Assembly: GCA_041690215.1 (NCBI GenBank)
Contig: JAWLHQ010000003.1
Span: 193,792 to 257,791, forward strand
Length of the DNA stretch: 64,000 nucleotides
Reading direction: 5' to 3'
DNA from: Rhodothermales bacterium
GTDB taxonomy: Bacteria > Bacteroidota > Rhodothermia > Rhodothermales > DASSAV01
Shown: positions 59,616-64,000 of the stretch, piece by piece
Layout: each line of letters starts with the position of its first letter
Position numbering within the stretch: position 1 is the first letter of the stretch
Made by a program: the position numbers and the translations under genes
Notes under the pieces: generated by a model
Databases searched by the model: none
Seen by the model: the letters and a program-made list of their open reading frames with translations, nothing else
Told to the model about the DNA's origin: nothing

Positions 59616-62084
59616 ATGCGCCTGTCCGCAGCTCTGACAGCAGGCTTTCTGTTCCTCTTGCTCGCCGCTCCTACCCGTGCCCAGAGTTGGGGTACCGTAA
59701 CCGGACGCATCACAGAATCGACTTCTGGCGCCCCCATTCCCGGTGTAACCATCGTCGTGGCTGGAACGGACTTCGGCACGGCCTCGAATCCGGATGGCTG
59801 GTATGAACTTCGCCTGCCTGCCGGTAGCCACCTGCTCCGGTTCTCCGCTATCGGCTATGAGCCTCGCCTGGATTCCGTGGTCATTGCCCGGAATGAGACA
59901 TCCCAGTTGGATGTCCGGCTGGTTCCCGCCGTGATCGAAGTCGAGGGCGTGACGGTCGAAGATCGAAGGTCGGCAGAAGAAGCAGGGGTTCACGCGCTCG
60001 ATCCGGCGGATGTCCAGAACATCCCCTCCCCCTTTAAGAGCGGGTTCGGTGCCCTCATGGTCATGCCGGGGGTGGCAACCAATAACGAGCTGTCCAACCA
60101 GTATTCGGTGCGGGGAGGCGGCTTCAACGAAAACCTCATCTTCCTGAACGGATTCGAGGTATTCATGCCGTTCAGGCCCCGGCAGGGCGAGCAGGAAGGG
60201 CTTGGCTTGCTCAACCCGGACATGGCCCGGAACATCACGTTCTACACGGGGGGCTTCCCCGCACGCTACGGCGGCAAGCTTTCCTCTGCCCTCGATGTCC
60301 GCTATGCCCACCCGGACGGCGAGCCGCTACGCGGCTCCGCCTACGTCTCGCTGCTGGATGCGGGCGCCACAGCCAGTTCGTCCGCCTTCCATGGACGCCT
60401 CGGCTGGGTAGCCGGCATCCGGCGGGCACAGGCACGCCGCTTCTTCAGCACGCAGGAACTGAAGGGCAACTATCAGCCGAATTACGCCGACCTGCAGGGT
60501 GCGCTCACCTTCCGCATCGCTACGGGCCATGAGATCGAAGCCCTCGGCATATGGGCAGATCATGAGTTCCTGCTGGACCCGCGCACGCGGAAAACCTATT
60601 TCGGCACGTTCAGCCTGGCCGGCCCTTCGGACATCCGTTCCCTCTGGGTTTCCTACGGAGACGACAGCATGGAGCGAGACGGATACGCCACCCGTTTCGG
60701 CGGCGTGCGGCTCTCCAACCAGCTCTCTGGCCGTTTCCGCATGGAGCACGATGCCGCCTGGTTTCAGACGACCGAAACCGAGCACCTCAACCTCAGCGGA
60801 TCGGCTATCCTGTATCAGGTGGACGTAACCGGGGGCAGCCCCGGTACCGGAGAAGGTCACCTGCCCCTCGGCAACTCGCGCCAGGACGACTTCGCGGACA
60901 ACAAGGTTCGCGTTGGTATGATTACCGGGCAGGGCCGCTACCTGCTGCTCGCAGGGCGGCACGGGGTGGAAGCGGGCTGGTCCACACGCCAGCTACGGTT
61001 CGAAGACCACCTGTACGAAACCTCCAGCGTAACCGGCCGCTTACGGGAAGGCGATCTGGTCCGCGTCGTCGTGGACAGCCTGAACGACACCGCCACCCTG
61101 GATGCCATGCAGTACGGCTTCTACGTGCAGGACGCCATCGATATCCTGCCTGTTCGGGACAAGCTGGTCCTCACGGGAGGACTGCGTACGGACTACTTCT
61201 CCTTCAATGAGGAGTGGACGATTTCCCCCCGGCTCTCGGTGAAATACCGTCTGTCGGACCAGGCGCTGCTGCTCGGCTCCTGGGGCATCTATTACCAGGC
61301 TCCCACGTACCGCGAGTTGCGCGGGGAACCCGATAGCAGCATCATCGGCTCGATCAACCAGGATATTCGGTCGCAGCGGTCTATGCAGTTTGTCGGTGGT
61401 GCCGAGTACTTCCTGGCGAGCAAGCGGCTCTACCTGCGTGGCGAGGCTTACTTCAAGGATCTCTCCAACCTGATCTCCTACGACGTCGAGAACGTCAGGG
61501 TGAACTACTCCGGCCGCAATGATGCGGATGGATACGTCTACGGACTAGACCTCCAGGTACGCGGAGAGTTCGTACCGGGGCTGGAAAGCTGGGCCAACTA
61601 CAGCTTCATGGTGGCTCGCGAGCGCATGCGGCCCGAGTTCGTCACCCGGTACAACGGCGGCCTTGTCCCCCGGCCTACCGACCAGCGACATACCTTCTCC
61701 GCCTACGTGCAGGATTATGTGCCGGGTGATCAGACGTGGAAAATCCACCTGCGTGCCCTCTTCGGCAGCGGACTCCCTTATACGCCGCCTGTACCCGGCA
61801 GACGCGTAGGCAACGTTACCGAGCAGGTACCCGGCCCACGCCTTTCCGGACGCTATCTCGAGTACAAGCGGCTGGACATGGGTATCACGAAGGAACTGAT
61901 CGCCTTCGACAAGGGCTTCTCCGCTCCGGTGCGCCTCAATCTCACGGCGGAAGTGCTCAACGTGTTCGATATGGTCAACACCGTGGCCTACAACTGGGTC
62001 CCTACCGCCAACGGCATCTGGAACCGCATCCCGACACGCCTCACGCCCCGAACTATCAATGTGCGCATGCTGGTGCAGTTCTGA
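59616..62084 (+). CDS. TonB-dependent receptor
   Basis: Signal peptide, carboxypeptidase-like N-domain, plug PGV.....Y.VRGG...EN, GGF.ARYG..LSS.L, C-terminal F. Confidence 0.88.
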   Translation: MRLSAALTAGFLFLLLAAPTRAQSWGTVTGRITESTSGAPIPGVTIVVAGTDFGTASNPDGWYELRLPAGSHLLRFSAIGYEPRLDSVVIARNETSQLDVRLVPAVIEVEGVTVEDRRSAEEAGVHALDPADVQNIPSPFKSGFGALMVMPGVATNNELSNQYSVRGGGFNENLIFLNGFEVFMPFRPRQGEQEGLGLLNPDMARNITFYTGGFPARYGGKLSSALDVRYAHPDGEPLRGSAYVSLLDAGATASSSAFHGRLGWVAGIRRAQARRFFSTQELKGNYQPNYADLQGALTFRIATGHEIEALGIWADHEFLLDPRTRKTYFGTFSLAGPSDIRSLWVSYGDDSMERDGYATRFGGVRLSNQLSGRFRMEHDAAWFQTTETEHLNLSGSAILYQVDVTGGSPGTGEGHLPLGNSRQDDFADNKVRVGMITGQGRYLLLAGRHGVEAGWSTRQLRFEDHLYETSSVTGRLREGDLVRVVVDSLNDTATLDAMQYGFYVQDAIDILPVRDKLVLTGGLRTDYFSFNEEWTISPRLSVKYRLSDQALLLGSWGIYYQAPTYRELRGEPDSSIIGSINQDIRSQRSMQFVGGAEYFLASKRLYLRGEAYFKDLSNLISYDVENVRVNYSGRNDADGYVYGLDLQVRGEFVPGLESWANYSFMVARERMRPEFVTRYNGGLVPRPTDQRHTFSAYVQDYVPGDQTWKIHLRALFGSGLPYTPPVPGRRVGNVTEQVPGPRLSGRYLEYKRLDMGITKELIAFDKGFSAPVRLNLTAEVLNVFDMVNTVAYNWVPTANGIWNRIPTRLTPRTINVRMLVQF

Positions 62085-62193
62085 CGCTCTTCCTGATCCA
62101 GCACCCGCCCCATGCACCTTCCGTATACAGCCCCGGCGTTGTTCGGAACGGTTGGCGTTCTTGCAATCCGGCGCACCTGCTATGCCCCACCTA

Positions 62194-63258
62194 TCAGTGT
62201 AGCACCGCGGGGTATATCTCCTGCGATTGAGGACCTTCATTTCCGAGCAGACGCCGTTTGTATCGCTCTAACAGCGAGCGATCGATCTCGAACGAAACGT
62301 ACTGTTGCCGGAAGTCCTGCAACCGCTCCGGATTGCCCGGCTCAGGCAGTAGCTCGAAGCTGAATGCGTACAGTCCATCTCCTCCCAGCCACAGATCCGC
62401 CCGGCCAAACCGCACATCGTGAAAGATGAGCGCCCCCTCCTGCTCTGAAACCGTGTAGTAGCCGCGCGAGAACCAGAAGAGCCGCTCCAACACGGGATCG
62501 CCCTGATAGATCATGAGGAGATCACTGTGGCGGGGGATACGCTCGAACGCAATGGAGCGGTTACCGTCAAACAACGAGTACAATCCCACGTACAGCGTAT
62601 CCTCGTGCAACGCCATGCCGCTCCACAGAATGCTGTTCAAGGGCATCGGGGTCGTCAGTAGCCGCTCAGCCGGTATGTCCGCTCGGGCAAGAGCATCCTT
62701 GAAAGCAGATTCCGCCACCTGCTTATTGACGAACGTCACCAGCAGGTACAGAGTGCTGACGGCCAGTCCCGCATAATTGGCGATGCGCCGTCGCCGGGGT
62801 GTGCGCGGCAGCCACAGGGCGATGGCCAGCCCGATGGCCAGCGGTACCGTATAGAGCGGATCGATGATGAAAATGGAGCCGATACTCACCGGGTAATCAC
62901 TGAACGGCCAGAAAACCTGAGTGCCGTACGTCGTGAACGCATCGATCGCGAGATGCGTCACAAAAGCGAAGAAGGCGAGCACGGACCAGCGTTGCCAGGA
63001 TATGCCGGCCTTTCGATGCAACCGGGCAATCAAGAACCCGACGAGCGGCGCGGCGACAAAGGAAAAGAATAGCGAGTGGGTCGCGCTGCGATGGATGGCG
63101 AGCGCCTGCGCTTCTGAAACGAACGGAGCAACGAACACATCGAGGTCCGGTAACGTGCCGAGCACTGCACCCCAGAGTGCAGCCTTGCGCCCGGCCTGCC
63201 GCCCGGCAACCGCCTCACCGACAGCCGCCCCGAGAACCGCCTGTGTTATAGAATCCAT
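62194..63258 (-). CDS. inner-membrane metal-dependent hydrolase (YdjM-like)
   Basis: MDSITQ..LGA, PDLD, HR..THS, H...D..T.YGT, IIDP, D.RF. Confidence 0.85.
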   Translation of the reverse strand: MDSITQAVLGAAVGEAVAGRQAGRKAALWGAVLGTLPDLDVFVAPFVSEAQALAIHRSATHSLFFSFVAAPLVGFLIARLHRKAGISWQRWSVLAFFAFVTHLAIDAFTTYGTQVFWPFSDYPVSIGSIFIIDPLYTVPLAIGLAIALWLPRTPRRRRIANYAGLAVSTLYLLVTFVNKQVAESAFKDALARADIPAERLLTTPMPLNSILWSGMALHEDTLYVGLYSLFDGNRSIAFERIPRHSDLLMIYQGDPVLERLFWFSRGYYTVSEQEGALIFHDVRFGRADLWLGGDGLYAFSFELLPEPGNPERLQDFRQQYVSFEIDRSLLERYKRRLLGNEGPQSQEIYPAVLH

Positions 63259-63277
63259 TGATATCGACTATATGCAA

Positions 63278-63418
63278 GTATTCGGGTGTTCAGGTGCCTG
63301 AGCGTCCTTGCACTCGCCCCCACGGCGAACCGTATCATTCGCGACATACCATCCTCGATAACGCCTGCCGAACGACGAACCACGAACAACCAACATAAAC
63401 ACTTGAACACGTGAACAC
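63278..63418. repeat. inverted octamer arrays with an internal heptamer run
   Basis: GTATTCGG GTGTTCAG GTGCCTGA ... GACGAAC CACGAAC ... ATAAACAC TTGAACAC GTGAACAC. Confidence 0.6.
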
Positions 63419-63424
63419 GCCCCC

Positions 63425-64000
63425 TCACCCGTTCTTACTATAGAGATGGGCCTGCCGGGTCGGCTCGGGGATCTTGTATTTCGTAGTACAGGCGAGCGTG
63501 ATGGCTACGGCATCATCGAGTGTCATGCAGTTCCCCACGCTGACGAAGACAGGATTCACCCTGGCGCGGGTTCGCAGCGCAACCCCTACGGTTTCGCCCT
63601 TATCTATCAGCGGTACGTGCGCGCCGGCTTCTTCCGGTAGATCGTGATATCGTCCCGTCAGCAGCGTCTTGGCTACGCCCAGCGTCGGATGGCCCAGGAC
63701 GACGCCCAGGTGGCAGGCCAGCCCGAAACGGCGTGGGTGGGCACGGCCCTGGCTATCCGTCATGAACACGTCGGGCCAGACCTGCAATTTCTCCAGAGCC
63801 GGGAGAATAGCGGGCATCTCTCGGAAACTCAGGAGGCCGGGTATGTAGGGAAACGGCACGTCGCATTGCCAGAGCGCCCGGTCGACGACCTCGAACTCGG
63901 GGAGCTTAAGGACCACAATGGCGGCCTGCGCCCGGTCACCCCGCACGCTCACATCCACCCCGGCCACTGTCTCCACCGGTCCGGTCAACGGCTCTTCACG
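63425..64000 (-). CDS. nfi: endonuclease V (5' end truncated by window edge)
   Basis: GVDVS, PYIPGLLSFRE, G.AHPRRFGLACH, GVAK, PEPTR.AH; frame is open to the window end. Confidence 0.93.
   Translation of the reverse strand, partial: REEPLTGPVETVAGVDVSVRGDRAQAAIVVLKLPEFEVVDRALWQCDVPFPYIPGLLSFREMPAILPALEKLQVWPDVFMTDSQGRAHPRRFGLACHLGVVLGHPTLGVAKTLLTGRYHDLPEEAGAHVPLIDKGETVGVALRTRARVNPVFVSVGNCMTLDDAVAITLACTTKYKIPEPTRQAHLYSKNG

Overview
This is a GC-rich (roughly 60% by eye), gene-dense chromosomal window with about 60 CDSs. Protein styles (eukaryote-type ProRS, Bacteroidota-style MetRS, FadL-like barrel, TonB receptor, many lipoproteins) suggest an FCB-group bacterium, probably Rhodothermota; this is inference, not a database result. 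Most genes are housekeeping: tpiA, gatB, bcp, rlmI-like, rsmB, ppk1, dnaG, btuF/btuC-like, deoC, dapD, ppgK, polyprenyl synthase, RecQ-family, xylB, metG, hisB-proC-hisH-hisA-hisF, proS and nfi (partial). I saw no rRNA, tRNA, CRISPR array, transposase, integrase or phage genes. Most notable: (1) one protein fusing a degenerate ECF sigma-like domain, a TM helix and an anti-sigma-type extracytoplasmic domain (36028-37344), possibly a membrane-tethered sigma mimic; (2) a RuBisCO-like protein plus cupin pair matching the MTA-isoprenoid shunt (27691-29402); (3) a FadL-like barrel paired with an aromatic/RSG low-complexity lipoprotein next to proS; (4) a head-to-head SLOG + 2H phosphoesterase pair; (5) cysteine-less FmdB and TlpA homologs; (6) dispersed 7-mer and 8-mer intergenic repeat arrays, mostly with inverted arms, and several hairpin-rich intergenic regions. 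All calls come from motif recognition by eye, and some start codons were re-chosen relative to the ORF track.
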